Source: Spirochaetota bacterium (lineage in GTDB: Bacteria; Spirochaetota; UBA4802; UBA5550). From it: a DNA stretch of 64,000 nucleotides. The notes under the pieces were generated by a model that ran no database searches, was not told where the DNA came from, and saw only the letters and a list, made by a program, of their open reading frames with translations. Location: assembly GCA_963663865.1 (NCBI GenBank), contig OY760686.1:2272001-2336000 (forward strand), in the 5' to 3' direction. Below, one piece after another: positions 1 to 11,202 of this stretch (within the stretch, counting starts at the first letter, position 1; every line of letters starts with the position of its first letter). A program made the translations under genes and the position numbers.

Positions 1-215
1 GTCCTGTTAAGGAACTTAAGGATTTCAAAAGAATCTCACTGGAGCCTAATGAAACAAAAACTGTTGAGCTTCAGTTTGCAGTAAAAGACCTGGGCTATTA
101 CGACACTGATTCCAGTTCATGGATATACGAAAAAATGGAGTACCAGGTCTTTGTAGGCCCATCTTCAGACATCTCTGACACAAACATGAAGACAGGTTCG
201 TTTGCAGTTCAGTGA
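1..215 (+). CDS. 3' end of a glycoside hydrolase family 3 protein (Fn3-like C-terminal domain), partial
   Basis: Frame from position 3 reads PVKELKDFKRISLEPNETKTVELQF...LGYYD...W...YQVFVGPSS, typical of the GH3 Fn3-like domain; stop TGA at 213-215. Confidence 0.85.
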   Translation, partial: PVKELKDFKRISLEPNETKTVELQFAVKDLGYYDTDSSSWIYEKMEYQVFVGPSSDISDTNMKTGSFAVQ

Positions 216-302
216 AATTCAAAATGCATGTCCTGAAATAAACAGAATTCAGTTAATTCAGGACACGCCATAAATAATTTACACCAAGGTTGGTTAAACA
301 CT

Positions 303-1400
303 ATGAATCCAAAAGTTAACCTTTTATTGCTTTTATTTACTGCAGTATTATTAAATGCAACTTCGGCATTCGCAATTGACAGAACAACACCTCCGGGCGT
401 TGAGCCACAATATTCAGATTCCCCTGTAAAAATCTCCGGTTTTATGTGGATTGATACCAGTTATCAGCAAAAGAACAATGAAACTGAAGATAATGAGACA
501 TTACAGACAATGGAAGGCAGGTTTAACTTACATGCTTCTGTGGAGCAAAAGATAGGCGAATATATAATTTCTGCACACGCTGAGTTTCTTGCCCATGTTG
601 ATGAATCAGACTCCTACAAAGTAGACACTGATGATGTCTATATGAAATTCGGTACAAAATTCTGGGATCTCCAGTTGGGACGTTTTCTTCCATGGAAAAT
701 ATATGAAAAAGGTCAGGGCCTTGAACTGTACACCGCTGAAGACGAAGGTGCCGCAAAGGGAGCTAACATATATGAAGTTGATTACGCCTGGGGACGTTTT
801 AATGAAGTCGGTCAGTTTGCTTTTCACCTCTTCCCTTTAAACAAACTCGGCCTGGAACTTTCAGGTCTTTACGGCCAGGAGAGAAATGAAAACTATCTGG
901 GGGCACGTCTTGCTTTGGATTATTCCATTTCAAATTTTCAGATTATCGCTGGTGGCGAATATGTAAATATCGAACCAGACAGTGAAGTATCCCAAAAGAC
1001 CGCGGATAAATTCGGTTTTGGGGGAAGGATACAATACAACAGCAGAATATTCACAATGGGTATCAATTATGCTCGCGGAGATGTTGATTCAACGACAACT
1101 CTTGGCAAACCTGACACCGGGGCCAGCGTTGTAGTACAGAGTGTTGGCGGTTTTATTGATATTGATTTCTGGAAAAACTCTATTGGACTGGGTTTCAATC
1201 ACACCAGCATTGAATCTGACAATAAAGACAAACTCAAACATATTCAACCATATATATCTTACCTGTACAGACTTCCTGCACCAAACGCAAGCATCAAGGT
1301 AGTCGCTGCCTATGCAAAAGCTGATAATGATTACCGAACAGATGTAGATTGCAAAAACGATATGTACAGCATCCGCGTACGAACACGATATAACTTTTAA
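303..1400 (+). CDS. Porin-like outer-membrane beta-barrel protein
   Basis: Signal peptide (AFA cleavage), alternating amphipathic strands, C-terminal Phe (RTRYNF). Confidence 0.65.
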   Translation: MNPKVNLLLLLFTAVLLNATSAFAIDRTTPPGVEPQYSDSPVKISGFMWIDTSYQQKNNETEDNETLQTMEGRFNLHASVEQKIGEYIISAHAEFLAHVDESDSYKVDTDDVYMKFGTKFWDLQLGRFLPWKIYEKGQGLELYTAEDEGAAKGANIYEVDYAWGRFNEVGQFAFHLFPLNKLGLELSGLYGQERNENYLGARLALDYSISNFQIIAGGEYVNIEPDSEVSQKTADKFGFGGRIQYNSRIFTMGINYARGDVDSTTTLGKPDTGASVVVQSVGGFIDIDFWKNSIGLGFNHTSIESDNKDKLKHIQPYISYLYRLPAPNASIKVVAAYAKADNDYRTDVDCKNDMYSIRVRTRYNF

Positions 1401-1552
1401 GGATATTTACACGGGTATATCAATGTAAGTTTGGAAACACTTATTAATACAAGCAGCCGTACTTATTTAAAATAAGTAACCGTATAAAAACAAAACGTTT
1501 TTTTACGGTGCTCCACGGAGCAAATAATTTAATTTTTCGGAGGTCATTTTCA

Positions 1553-3766
1553 ATGAAAGAGAAGTTTATTAAACTCTTTTCAGTAATGGCTCTATTTTGT
1601 CTTGCTATTACAGTCACGGTATCATGCGGGAGTGATGATAGTAAAACAAAATATGTTCAGCCTGAACTGGGGGCCCGTCACAAGGCAATAATTACAAGTG
1701 ATGACTACCAGTTTATTGATCTTAACTCCAATGGCACTGTTGATCCCTATGAAGACTGGAGATTACAACCAGAAGAGAGAGCAGCAAATCTTATTTCTCT
1801 TATGAGTATTGAGCAAAAAGCCGGACTTATGGTAACAGCATCATCTCCAAGTATGGATGATGATGGCAATGTGTCTGTTAGAGACAAGGATGGTGATGGC
1901 GATTCTGATGCTGATGATGTTGATTACTGGATTAATACGTTACACATTCGTATGTCTAACAATCGTGAAAGCAGTAGAATGCCCTCTGTAAAAGCCACCT
2001 GGGCGAACAATGTTCAGGAACTTACTGAAAAATCAAGTCTGGGTATCCCTTACTGGTTTTCTGCAAACGGACTATCAATCGGTTTGAGCGGAACCCGTGC
2101 CGGTCATACTCCGATGCCATATGGACCAGGTGTCGCAGCTTCAGTGAAAAACGGTTCTGACACAGAAGGTCTTGAGCTTATAAGGAAATGGGGGGAAATA
2201 GCAGCAAAAGAATACCGCGCAGTTGGTCTGCATATGCCTCTGTGGCCCCAGCTTGACCTTGCCACCGAACCACGTTGGTACAGAATTTATGAAATCTTAG
2301 GTGAAGACAGTGATAAAGCTGTAGCGATTGTACAGTCCCTTGTAAGCGGAATTCTTCCTGACGGTGAAATCACAAGTGACACTATTACTCCTTGCGTTAA
2401 ACACTGGCCGGGAAGCGGTACAGTTCGTCAGGGTAAAGACAGTCATAATGAATGGGGCAGATGGAGTATTTATCCGGGAAATAATTTCGATTATCACCAA
2501 AGAGTATTTAAGGCCGCCTTCGATGCCGGTGTAAAATCTCTTATGCCCTGCTACAGTATTTATGCAGGCCCCATTGATGTTGATGGTGATGGAACTGTTG
2601 ATGAAACATACGATTGGACTTTTGAAAATCTTTACAGTACATCCATGGAACCAGTAGGAACAGGTTTTAGTTCTGAACTCCTAACAGGTCTTTTACGGGA
2701 CGTCCAGGGCTTTGATGGTGTAACCTACTCTGACACCGGCATTCTTGGTGACAGACCTTGGGGTTGTGAAGACCTGGACGTGATTACTCAAATAGGAAAA
2801 TCAGTCATGGCTGGCATGGACATCAGCGCATACGACAACCCCACCGATATTGTAACTGCATATAATGAAGGGAAAATTACAGAAGAGCGTATGAACGAAG
2901 CCTGTATGAGAGTCATTGTATTACAGATGAAACTTGGTCTTTATGAAAACAGGTACGTTGACCCATCAGTCGCCGATACAATTTGTGCTTCAAATGAAAG
3001 TATGCAGATCAGTCAAGAGATAATGAAACGTTCTGTTGTTGTACTTAAAAACAAAGACGACTTTCTCCCAATTCAGGAACGAATTGCCTATACTGATAAT
3101 GTTGGGAAAAAAGTGTACGCGCCTGATTTTGAAGAAAATGTTCTTTCTCCATATGTTTTCGATAAAGAACCTCTGGCAACCATAGACGGTGCTGAAGTAG
3201 TTATTCTCAAGATTGATGGTCCTACTACACCAGATCCTCAATTTACTGGTTTTGGAACCTATTCACCAAGACTGGATTATGATGACGGAGACTGGACCGA
3301 GTCTGTAGATGGCAATAACAATGGCGTACTTGAAGATTTTGTTCTTATTACTGATGAAGTATGCTCTGGATGGGGTGGATGTACAACATACACACGTTCT
3401 GAAGTTGAGTGGGAAGCCTCTGATGGAGATACTCTTGAAGAACTACTAAAAATCCAGACTACTATTGACGAAATGACAACTAAAGCGGCTGACGGTGCAA
3501 GACTGATTGTTGTTGTAAATATGGACCGTCCAGCAATACTTACACAGTTTATTGATGCTGTAGATTCCGTTATAGTAGATTTTGATGTAACGGATGAAGC
3601 ACTGTTAAAAGTTATTTTCAACCAGACAAAACCTGTTGGAACACTTCCTTTTGAACTGCCATCAACACAGGCTGCAGTTGAAAATCAGCTGGAAGACATG
3701 CCTTATGACAGTGCAGCCCCACTGTTTGAATATGGCTTTGGTTTAACATGGGAGTTGAGAAAGTAA
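1553..3766 (+). CDS. GH3 beta-glucosidase/xylosidase, lipoprotein
   Basis: Lipobox VSC; DLNSNGTVDPYEDWRL, DLATEPRW, KHWPG, YSD, GxLPFELP, PLFEYGFGL motifs; ATG 1553 follows a GGAGG RBS (ORF track starts at 1508). Confidence 0.9.
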   Translation: MKEKFIKLFSVMALFCLAITVTVSCGSDDSKTKYVQPELGARHKAIITSDDYQFIDLNSNGTVDPYEDWRLQPEERAANLISLMSIEQKAGLMVTASSPSMDDDGNVSVRDKDGDGDSDADDVDYWINTLHIRMSNNRESSRMPSVKATWANNVQELTEKSSLGIPYWFSANGLSIGLSGTRAGHTPMPYGPGVAASVKNGSDTEGLELIRKWGEIAAKEYRAVGLHMPLWPQLDLATEPRWYRIYEILGEDSDKAVAIVQSLVSGILPDGEITSDTITPCVKHWPGSGTVRQGKDSHNEWGRWSIYPGNNFDYHQRVFKAAFDAGVKSLMPCYSIYAGPIDVDGDGTVDETYDWTFENLYSTSMEPVGTGFSSELLTGLLRDVQGFDGVTYSDTGILGDRPWGCEDLDVITQIGKSVMAGMDISAYDNPTDIVTAYNEGKITEERMNEACMRVIVLQMKLGLYENRYVDPSVADTICASNESMQISQEIMKRSVVVLKNKDDFLPIQERIAYTDNVGKKVYAPDFEENVLSPYVFDKEPLATIDGAEVVILKIDGPTTPDPQFTGFGTYSPRLDYDDGDWTESVDGNNNGVLEDFVLITDEVCSGWGGCTTYTRSEVEWEASDGDTLEELLKIQTTIDEMTTKAADGARLIVVVNMDRPAILTQFIDAVDSVIVDFDVTDEALLKVIFNQTKPVGTLPFELPSTQAAVENQLEDMPYDSAAPLFEYGFGLTWELRK

Positions 3767-3838
3767 CCTTTCTAAATTAAGTCATGGTTTTATTAGTTTA
3801 TTTTCTATAACATTTTCTAAATGCTATGATTTAATTCC

Positions 3839-3878
3839 AAATAAGGGACTTCATTTATATGTAGTCCCTTATTTATTT
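3839..3878 (+). terminator. Probable intrinsic terminator (possibly bidirectional)
   Basis: AAATAAGGGACT / AGTCCCTTATTT stem downstream of the GH3 gene, between convergent genes. Confidence 0.65.
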
Positions 3879-4266
3879 ACGAATTGGAATCAATATTAAT
3901 GTCAACACCGATTAGATTTTGCCACTTTTAACCGATTTTAACTTGCCGGTTTTGTGCAAAATAAATCAGTCAAAGCTTACAGATCCAGCTTTTAAGCTGT
4001 CCTTCATCCAGTATCTCCGGGTGCTCATACTCTTTCTAAATATAAAATTTATCTCTTCGTTGATACAATCGAAACACCTTCGGAATCCTCATAGTCAGGC
4101 AGATCATACATCTCAGCAACACAAGCCACTCCAAAATCTCTTCATGAAATTCCTGAACAAACCATTTTCCCCAGTTATGCATTTAATTGCTTCCTAACAT
4201 CTCTTCTAACTTTAACGATCTCATCCTGTAAATTATTTGATTAGAACTTAACAAACAGTAGCCTTC

Positions 4267-6564
4267 CTAATTCTCAATCCTGTCGACCGGTCTCCCAATC
4301 AGCCAGCCCTGCGCATAATCAACATCAAGAAGATTCACTTCATGTTGAAGTTGTTCGGAATCTATATACTCAGCTATAGTTTTAATTTTCGAGTATTTTG
4401 CAAAATTAACTATGGACTTCAACAGTTCTTTCGCCCGCACATCCTGCAGAATATTTTGAGTTATTGTCCTGTCAATTTTGATAAATGCCGGATTTAATTT
4501 CAGCAAATAATCAAAGTTTGAATAACCTGATCCGAAATCATCTATTGCGATTCTAAGTCCAGTTGAAGACAGTGTTGAAAGGACTCTCGTAATTTTCTCG
4601 TAATCTTCAAGCTCTTCTGATTCAACTATTTCAATTATTAACCTGTTTAAAACATTTTTATTTTGAGCTTCAGAAATGAGATATGAAATAGTATCTCTAT
4701 TCATTATGTCTTCCAAAGTCAAATTAATGGAAAAATCATATTCCTTATCTTTAAAATAATTAATGGACTTCTCAATCATACGCAAAGTCATCTTGGGATA
4801 CAAATTTGTTTTCTTGCTGATTTCCAAAAATTCATTAGGCATTATAAGATTCTCATTTTCATCACGCAGACGCATAAGGCATTCATACTTCGTAACTTTA
4901 CCTGTTTTCAAATCAATTATTGGCTGGAATGCCGGATATATACGGTCATTTTTTAATGCATAATTTATTCTTCTAAAAATATCAAGATTATCGCATTCAT
5001 CATTAATAATATTATTTGAATCGGGGGAATAAATAAATATTTGCTTTCTAAATTTTTTTGCTTTCTTTAATGCAATATCAGCGTACGCAAAAGAATTGCT
5101 GCCGCTGCATGAAGCGCCAACATTTACAATAATTGGTATAGGAGAAGCACCCTCGTCAATTTGAATCATCATGTTGCTCATACAATCGACAAAGCTGTCG
5201 GCAAAATCAGCAAAATCCGTCTCTATGACACAACTTCCAAGAATTGCGTACGTATCGGCATAGACACGATATACGTTCATGCCTGTCTTTGTAGCCTGCT
5301 GTAATAATATAATACCGACTTTTTTTAGGACTTTATCGCCATTGCAGTTTCCAAATGCCTGATTAATTAAAGCGAAGTTTTTTATATCAATCAATATAAC
5401 TGAAGCGTTGTCAGTTTTTTCAATATCCTTAAGCAGCTTAATTCTGTTCCCAAGCCCGGTCAGAGAATCCGTGTTAAATGCGTTTTCCAACTCTCTGCGT
5501 TTTTCTACAATTTCAGTTATATCCTGGCACGATGATAAAAATTCAGTTATTTTATTGTTTTCATTTTTAAGAGGAGCAATAACTGTTTTTTTTATATAAC
5601 TTGAACCATCAGCTTTACGGTTCTTGATTATCCCCCGCCAGACACTCCCGGCAACAATTGTTGTCCACAATGATTTGAATGTTTCGAGCGGTGTATCAGG
5701 ATGTCTTTCAATATTATGCTTCTTCCCTATTACCGTTTCACGTTTAAACCCGGTAGTCTCACAGTACTTATCGTTAACATAAGTTATTATACCATTCACA
5801 TCAGTTCTTGAAACCATAGAGCTTTCATCAAGAATTTCCTTGTATTGCCTGAGGTTTAAAATTTGAATAATATAATAATTTTCAATATATTTTATTTTTT
5901 TATTGAATATATAAATAATTACAAACGATATTATACCAATTATCAGTATTATTACTATCAGATTTTTTTTATATTTATTGAAGAGTCTGTTGGTTATCAC
6001 TGAATAATAGCTGAATTTTTGTTCCAAATCAGAATTATAATAACCTGATATGATAATCCAGGAAAATTCCGGAAGCTTCAAAGCGTAAGAGGTTTTACAA
6101 TCCACATTCCCTGTTTTAGAATTTTCGCACAAATATTCAAAAAAGCCTGCATCTGAATCTTTAATCCGCTTCATAATAATATCTGATTCCATTGTCCCAT
6201 CAGGAAAATTTGCCGGAAGTGGACTATAAATTACATTTTTTTTATAATCTATAATACAGGTAGATGTTAGATAATCAGAATCGCCCAGCGCGCGTTGAAG
6301 CTGCCTTAATAAAATACCATTTATTATATTTTTATCTATATTAAGATCCTCAAGTGAAACATTCAGGCAGAGAATATCATTCCTGACCACCTCGGCAGTC
6401 TGCTTGATAATTTCATTTTGTACCTCCTGGTAATAGTTTTTATAAATTATATTCTGTTTTACAACCAGATCAGGAAGAATATATTCGATTATAAGAATTG
6501 CTGTTATAAAAAATATAAATAATATAGCTGTATCTTTTAAAATCGTAAAGAATGAAAGCTTCAT
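4267..6564 (-). CDS. Membrane Cache-PAS-GGDEF-EAL protein, probable c-di-GMP phosphodiesterase
   Basis: Two TM helices, PAS (TDVNGIITYVND), degenerate GGDEF (YADTY), EAL domain (ECLMR, DDFGSGYS). Confidence 0.88.
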   Translation of the reverse strand: MKLSFFTILKDTAILFIFFITAILIIEYILPDLVVKQNIIYKNYYQEVQNEIIKQTAEVVRNDILCLNVSLEDLNIDKNIINGILLRQLQRALGDSDYLTSTCIIDYKKNVIYSPLPANFPDGTMESDIIMKRIKDSDAGFFEYLCENSKTGNVDCKTSYALKLPEFSWIIISGYYNSDLEQKFSYYSVITNRLFNKYKKNLIVIILIIGIISFVIIYIFNKKIKYIENYYIIQILNLRQYKEILDESSMVSRTDVNGIITYVNDKYCETTGFKRETVIGKKHNIERHPDTPLETFKSLWTTIVAGSVWRGIIKNRKADGSSYIKKTVIAPLKNENNKITEFLSSCQDITEIVEKRRELENAFNTDSLTGLGNRIKLLKDIEKTDNASVILIDIKNFALINQAFGNCNGDKVLKKVGIILLQQATKTGMNVYRVYADTYAILGSCVIETDFADFADSFVDCMSNMMIQIDEGASPIPIIVNVGASCSGSNSFAYADIALKKAKKFRKQIFIYSPDSNNIINDECDNLDIFRRINYALKNDRIYPAFQPIIDLKTGKVTKYECLMRLRDENENLIMPNEFLEISKKTNLYPKMTLRMIEKSINYFKDKEYDFSINLTLEDIMNRDTISYLISEAQNKNVLNRLIIEIVESEELEDYEKITRVLSTLSSTGLRIAIDDFGSGYSNFDYLLKLNPAFIKIDRTITQNILQDVRAKELLKSIVNFAKYSKIKTIAEYIDSEQLQHEVNLLDVDYAQGWLIGRPVDRIEN

Positions 6565-7389
6565 CGGTCAAATTCCTTCTAGCACTGGATACATGCAATT
6601 AACAGTTTACTGTTCACACCTGTTATTTACACTATTCATTTTATTTCAAAAAGTATGCCAATCCAACGCTGCAACAATTACAAACATCCTGTGCAGCATT
6701 CTTCCACAGGAGAGGCTTTTAAAATTTTTTCACCACCTTATCCACGTATCACATAATTGGGCAATTGCCCATGATGTAGAATTCGGTATTCGTATATATA
6801 ATCTTTAATTAATATTATCTTCTCATTGATTAATTAATTTTTATTAATCATATCAAGTATATATGTATTTTTTAATATTAATTATTATTCAATTGATTAA
6901 TTATTATTTATTAATTACTTTATTATTTATTGACTATATAATTTGAATACATTTCAGCGTTTAATAAACCGATAGAAGTTAGAGCAAGAGGGGGGGGATG
7001 AAATGTATCCATCGCCAAAGCGACTTAGCAGATAATCTCTGTATAAAAAGTTTTCGGTCTCATAAAGGTTGCAATTAGAAATTTATATAAATATACGCTG
7101 ATTGAATTCTCGATATCAACAATGATACTGGACACTTGATGTGATTATTGTTACTATGAAGATGAATAAGCAATCCTAATTTAAATGCCTTGAATGCAAT
7201 ATGTCAATAACTCTGGCTGGTGATGAGGATGAGACTGTGTTCTATAGAGTGTTGGTTGTAGACTTGGTGATGCGCTGTCATTCGGCTAAGCATGCTGAGA
7301 GGCTCATAGGTATTGGCGTTAGTAACACCCTCGAAAATATGACCTTGTCATAACATATATTTTACTATTATAAATGGGTGTATTGATAA

Positions 7390-9102
7390 ATGAATAAAGC
7401 TTATAATTTCTCAATTGTGCTGTCTGGAGAGGCTGGTCAGGGCATACAAATGCTTGAGCATTTAATTGTTCAAATATTTAAAAAAAACGGTGCTCATGTA
7501 TATTCATACAGTGAGTTTATGTCCAGAATACGTGGTGGGAATAACTCAACTGAAATACGGATTTCCTCAAATAAAGTTGGAGCATTTGTTGAAAAAATAG
7601 ATCTTTTTATTCCATTTAATTCAAATGCCATGGATCGGTTCAGTGATAGAATTGATGACAATACAATAATTATAGGCGACAGCTCATTTATTAATCAAAA
7701 ATACAAAAACGGTTCTTACACAGTTGTTGAAATACCTGTATTGGAGATGATGAAAGAGATCGGCAGCACAAAATCATTAAACATTATAGTTTTCGGACTT
7801 TTGTCAAAACTATTTAGGTTCAATGAAATAATAGTCAAAGAACTACTTGTTTCAGCTTTTCAGAATTATAAACCTGCTGTATTGGATATAAATGTTACTG
7901 CTGTGACTTTTGGAATTAGAGCGGCTGAAGATATAATAAATGCAAAGAAAATTAATTTACCTTCTATAGAAATGTCAGATGCAAATAATGATATTTTAAT
8001 GGATGGTTCTGAATCGATTACACTTGGTGGAATCGCAGGAGGCTGCAATTTTATTTCTTCATACCCTATGTCGCCTGGAACAGGGGTCCTTGTTAATTTT
8101 GCGAAATACTCCAAGGATTTTAGAATAATTGTTGAACAGGCAGAGGATGAAATCTGTGCCATAAATATGGCAATTGCATCATGGTACGCAGGAGGGAGGG
8201 CTATGGTTACCACTTCTGGTGGAGGATTTGCTCTGATGGCTGAAGGCTTGAGTTTAGCTGGTGCAACAGAGTCCCCAGTAGTCATTCATGTGGGCCAACG
8301 TCCAGGACCTGCAACCGGATTACCAACAAAAACTGAACAGGGGGATCTTCTTTTTTCTCTATTTGCCGGTCATGGTGAATTTCCCAGAGTTATTTTTGCA
8401 CCAGGAGATATTTCTCAGGGTTTTTCAATAACCCAAAGAGCATTTTACATTGCCGATAAATACCAGGTCCCCGCAATCATACTTTCAGATCAATTTTTTC
8501 TTGATTCCGTACAGACAGCACCAGATTTTAACTTTTATGATGATTTTGCACATAATCATATAGTTGAATCTGATGAAAGCTATAAAAGATACAAAATTAC
8601 AGACAAGGTAATTTCTCCCCGTGCTATTCCAGGAAATGGTAAAGGAATTGTATGTGTTGATAGTGATGAACATGATGAAGGTGGATATATTTCAGAGAAT
8701 GATATTGTAAGAGTGGATCAGTCAAATAAAAGAATGTCAAAGCACGATCTTCTTATTGATGAAGCTTTGGCTCCGGAATTATACGGTCCTGACGATTACA
8801 AGCATTTACTTGTTTCATGGGGATCTAATCTTCATTGCATTCGAGAAGCAATTAATTTATCTGATAGAAATGATGTTGCCCATTTGCATTTTTCACAGAT
8901 ATACCCACTTCATAGAGAAACAATTAATTTTCTGAATAAATCAGAGACGTCTGTGATTATAGAAAATAATTATACTTCACAATTTAGTATGTTAATTCAA
9001 ATTCAAACTGGATATACTTTTGACCATAAACAATTAAAATATAATGGCATGCCTTTCAGTGTTGAAGAAATATCTAAAGTTATTAAAAGTTTGCCAGGGT
9101 GA
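7390..9102 (+). CDS. 2-oxoacid:ferredoxin oxidoreductase alpha subunit (gamma-alpha fusion, KorA-like)
   Basis: [34 protein letters not shown] motifs. Confidence 0.93.
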   Translation: MNKAYNFSIVLSGEAGQGIQMLEHLIVQIFKKNGAHVYSYSEFMSRIRGGNNSTEIRISSNKVGAFVEKIDLFIPFNSNAMDRFSDRIDDNTIIIGDSSFINQKYKNGSYTVVEIPVLEMMKEIGSTKSLNIIVFGLLSKLFRFNEIIVKELLVSAFQNYKPAVLDINVTAVTFGIRAAEDIINAKKINLPSIEMSDANNDILMDGSESITLGGIAGGCNFISSYPMSPGTGVLVNFAKYSKDFRIIVEQAEDEICAINMAIASWYAGGRAMVTTSGGGFALMAEGLSLAGATESPVVIHVGQRPGPATGLPTKTEQGDLLFSLFAGHGEFPRVIFAPGDISQGFSITQRAFYIADKYQVPAIILSDQFFLDSVQTAPDFNFYDDFAHNHIVESDESYKRYKITDKVISPRAIPGNGKGIVCVDSDEHDEGGYISENDIVRVDQSNKRMSKHDLLIDEALAPELYGPDDYKHLLVSWGSNLHCIREAINLSDRNDVAHLHFSQIYPLHRETINFLNKSETSVIIENNYTSQFSMLIQIQTGYTFDHKQLKYNGMPFSVEEISKVIKSLPG

Positions 9103-9971
9103 GTGATATGAATACAGAATTCGATTTCAATAAAAAGCCTGATGTAGCCTGGTGCCCGGGTTGTGGTAATTTTAGTATATTAACATCACTGAAGAATGCA
9201 CTGGTAAAATCAAAATTTGAAAGAGAAAAAGTAGTAATAGTATCTGGAATTGGTCAAGCAGCTAAAACGCCGCAATATGTTAACGCCAGCTTTTTTAACG
9301 GACTCCATGGAAGGTCTCTTCCTGCAGCAACTGCTATTAAGGCAACAAATCCAGAATTAATTGTAATTGCAGAGAGCGGAGATGGCTGTACTTATGGGGA
9401 AGGCGGTAATCATTTTCTTGCTACAATCCGGCGAAATCCCGATATTACAAATATTGTTCATGATAATATGGTCTATGGCTTAACAAAGGGACAGGCCTCT
9501 CCTACCAGCAGTAAAGGCTTTAAAACACCTGTCCAGGTTTCCGGAGTTATCATGGAGCCTTTCAATCCAGTGGCCGTTGCAATCACAATGAACGCCTCAT
9601 TTGTAGCTCGTGCCTTTTCTGGTGATATTGAACAGACTACAGAAATTATCATGAAAGCGATGGCTCATAAGGGTTATGCCCTTGTAGATATATTTCAGCC
9701 ATGTGTTTCTTTTAATAAAATAAATAATTATCAGTGGTATCGTGATCATACATATTATCTGAATGATGAATATGATCCAACTGATAAAGATCAGGCTCTT
9801 GCAAAGGCCTTTGAAACTGACAAGTACCCATTGGGTATTATATATAAAGAAAATAATAATCCCACATTTGAAGAAAACATTCAAGTTTATAAAGAGAATA
9901 AAGCCCCACTTTTCATGACATCTTTAGAAAAGGAGAAGTTAGAACGCATAATTGAATCAAAAAGGGCTTAA
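9099..9971 (+). CDS. 2-oxoacid:ferredoxin oxidoreductase beta subunit (KorB-like)
   Basis: WCPGCG, LHGR, GDG...N TPP-binding motif, YGLTKGQ; overlaps the alpha gene stop. Confidence 0.93.
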   Translation: MSDMNTEFDFNKKPDVAWCPGCGNFSILTSLKNALVKSKFEREKVVIVSGIGQAAKTPQYVNASFFNGLHGRSLPAATAIKATNPELIVIAESGDGCTYGEGGNHFLATIRRNPDITNIVHDNMVYGLTKGQASPTSSKGFKTPVQVSGVIMEPFNPVAVAITMNASFVARAFSGDIEQTTEIIMKAMAHKGYALVDIFQPCVSFNKINNYQWYRDHTYYLNDEYDPTDKDQALAKAFETDKYPLGIIYKENNNPTFEENIQVYKENKAPLFMTSLEKEKLERIIESKRA

Positions 9972-10142
9972 TCGTTAATTTAGTTTTAAAACCGCCCGCA
10001 TACAAATACTCGGGCAACTGGAAGAACGGCATCTGGTTATCGAAGACACTGAATGGACATTTGACAAAGACGGGAATCTCTAAGCACGAAAACAGGCTAG
10101 TGGAAAGTCACTGACTTACATAAAGCCGGTAACTAAGGTTAA

Positions 10143-11117
10143 TTATGGCCTCAGCGCCGCGATGACCTCCCGAGCGACACGCTCACTGTAGCAGCCCGAG
10201 TTCCACCTGCCGGGGCTCCATCCCTTAAGAAATCTGTGGAAGTCCGCCCATGCAACACGGTACATACCCCTCCACTCCCCTTCAAGGGCATCCGCGTCGA
10301 TATCCCTTTTCCGCCGCGCAAGCTGATTTCTCAACTCATCAAAATAGAAGTTGAGGATATCGGCCTCCATTGCTTCGCACTCATCTTCCTGCAGACAGCT
10401 TCCGGCAAAGTATGCGAGGTCCTTCATGCCGCAGCCTCCTCCGGTGTACTGGAAATCAACCGCAGCAGCTTTCAGCCCGTCCTCCGAAAAGCAGAAGTTT
10501 TCAAGCTTCGCGTCTCCGTGCAGCACTGTTTTGAACCGGCAGCTCTGAAGCCTGCTGTCGATCGCGCGGGCCGCGTTTTTCAGCGGGCCGTCCGAAAGCG
10601 CCCTCAGCTCATCGGGCCTTGTATCGAGATGCCAATAGGTCCCGACGCTCCAGAGGCCCTCAGGCTTCCTGCCCATGAAGCAGGCGTGAAACGCAGCCAG
10701 CCATGAGATACAGGCCTTCATCTCCTTCCAGTTTACACTTCCCCGGCGCAGGGTATACCCGGCCTCGTTGAGGTCTTCAAGCACCATTATGAACTCATCG
10801 CCCTGCCAGTCCGAGGCGTAACAGGCGGGTACCCGGCACGCATCATCGCATGAGGACGCCCATTCACGGTAAAAGGCCATCTCAACCCTGTAGGATTTGA
10901 CTTTACGCTGATGTGAAAGTCCGGAACCACCGGAGGTTCTGCCCATTCCGGAAGGAAGCTGAACGTGTTTGACTATTACTGATTTTTGTTCAGAGCCGGT
11001 CAGGCCGCATCGAAAAATCCGGCCATAGCCGCCCCATAGCTCCTGGATTTCATCGATTTCAAAGAGGTCTTCTGGCCCTGTTGACTTTAGCAGAAGAGTG
11101 CGGAAGTGTTTGTTCAT
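10143..11117 (-). CDS. Phosphotransferase (APH/choline/ecdysteroid-kinase-like)
   Basis: HGDAKLENF catalytic loop and DFQY metal-binding motif. Confidence 0.85.
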   Translation of the reverse strand: MNKHFRTLLLKSTGPEDLFEIDEIQELWGGYGRIFRCGLTGSEQKSVIVKHVQLPSGMGRTSGGSGLSHQRKVKSYRVEMAFYREWASSCDDACRVPACYASDWQGDEFIMVLEDLNEAGYTLRRGSVNWKEMKACISWLAAFHACFMGRKPEGLWSVGTYWHLDTRPDELRALSDGPLKNAARAIDSRLQSCRFKTVLHGDAKLENFCFSEDGLKAAAVDFQYTGGGCGMKDLAYFAGSCLQEDECEAMEADILNFYFDELRNQLARRKRDIDADALEGEWRGMYRVAWADFHRFLKGWSPGRWNSGCYSERVAREVIAALRP

Positions 11118-11202
11118 AAGGTTATCCTGATATTTGTTCTTACTAAAAAAATGATCCTCAAAACGAACAAGATGTGTAAAGAGAATTCTTAACTGTCACA
11201 AT

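Noticed and set aside
3919-4197. 92 aa TTG-start ORF
   Set aside because: No RBS or motif; lies between convergent genes after a terminator.
7203-7350. GTCAATAAC and GCTGAGAG motifs as an IscB omega-RNA end or TPP riboswitch
   Set aside because: The remaining conserved elements are missing and there is no IscB/TnpB gene nearby.
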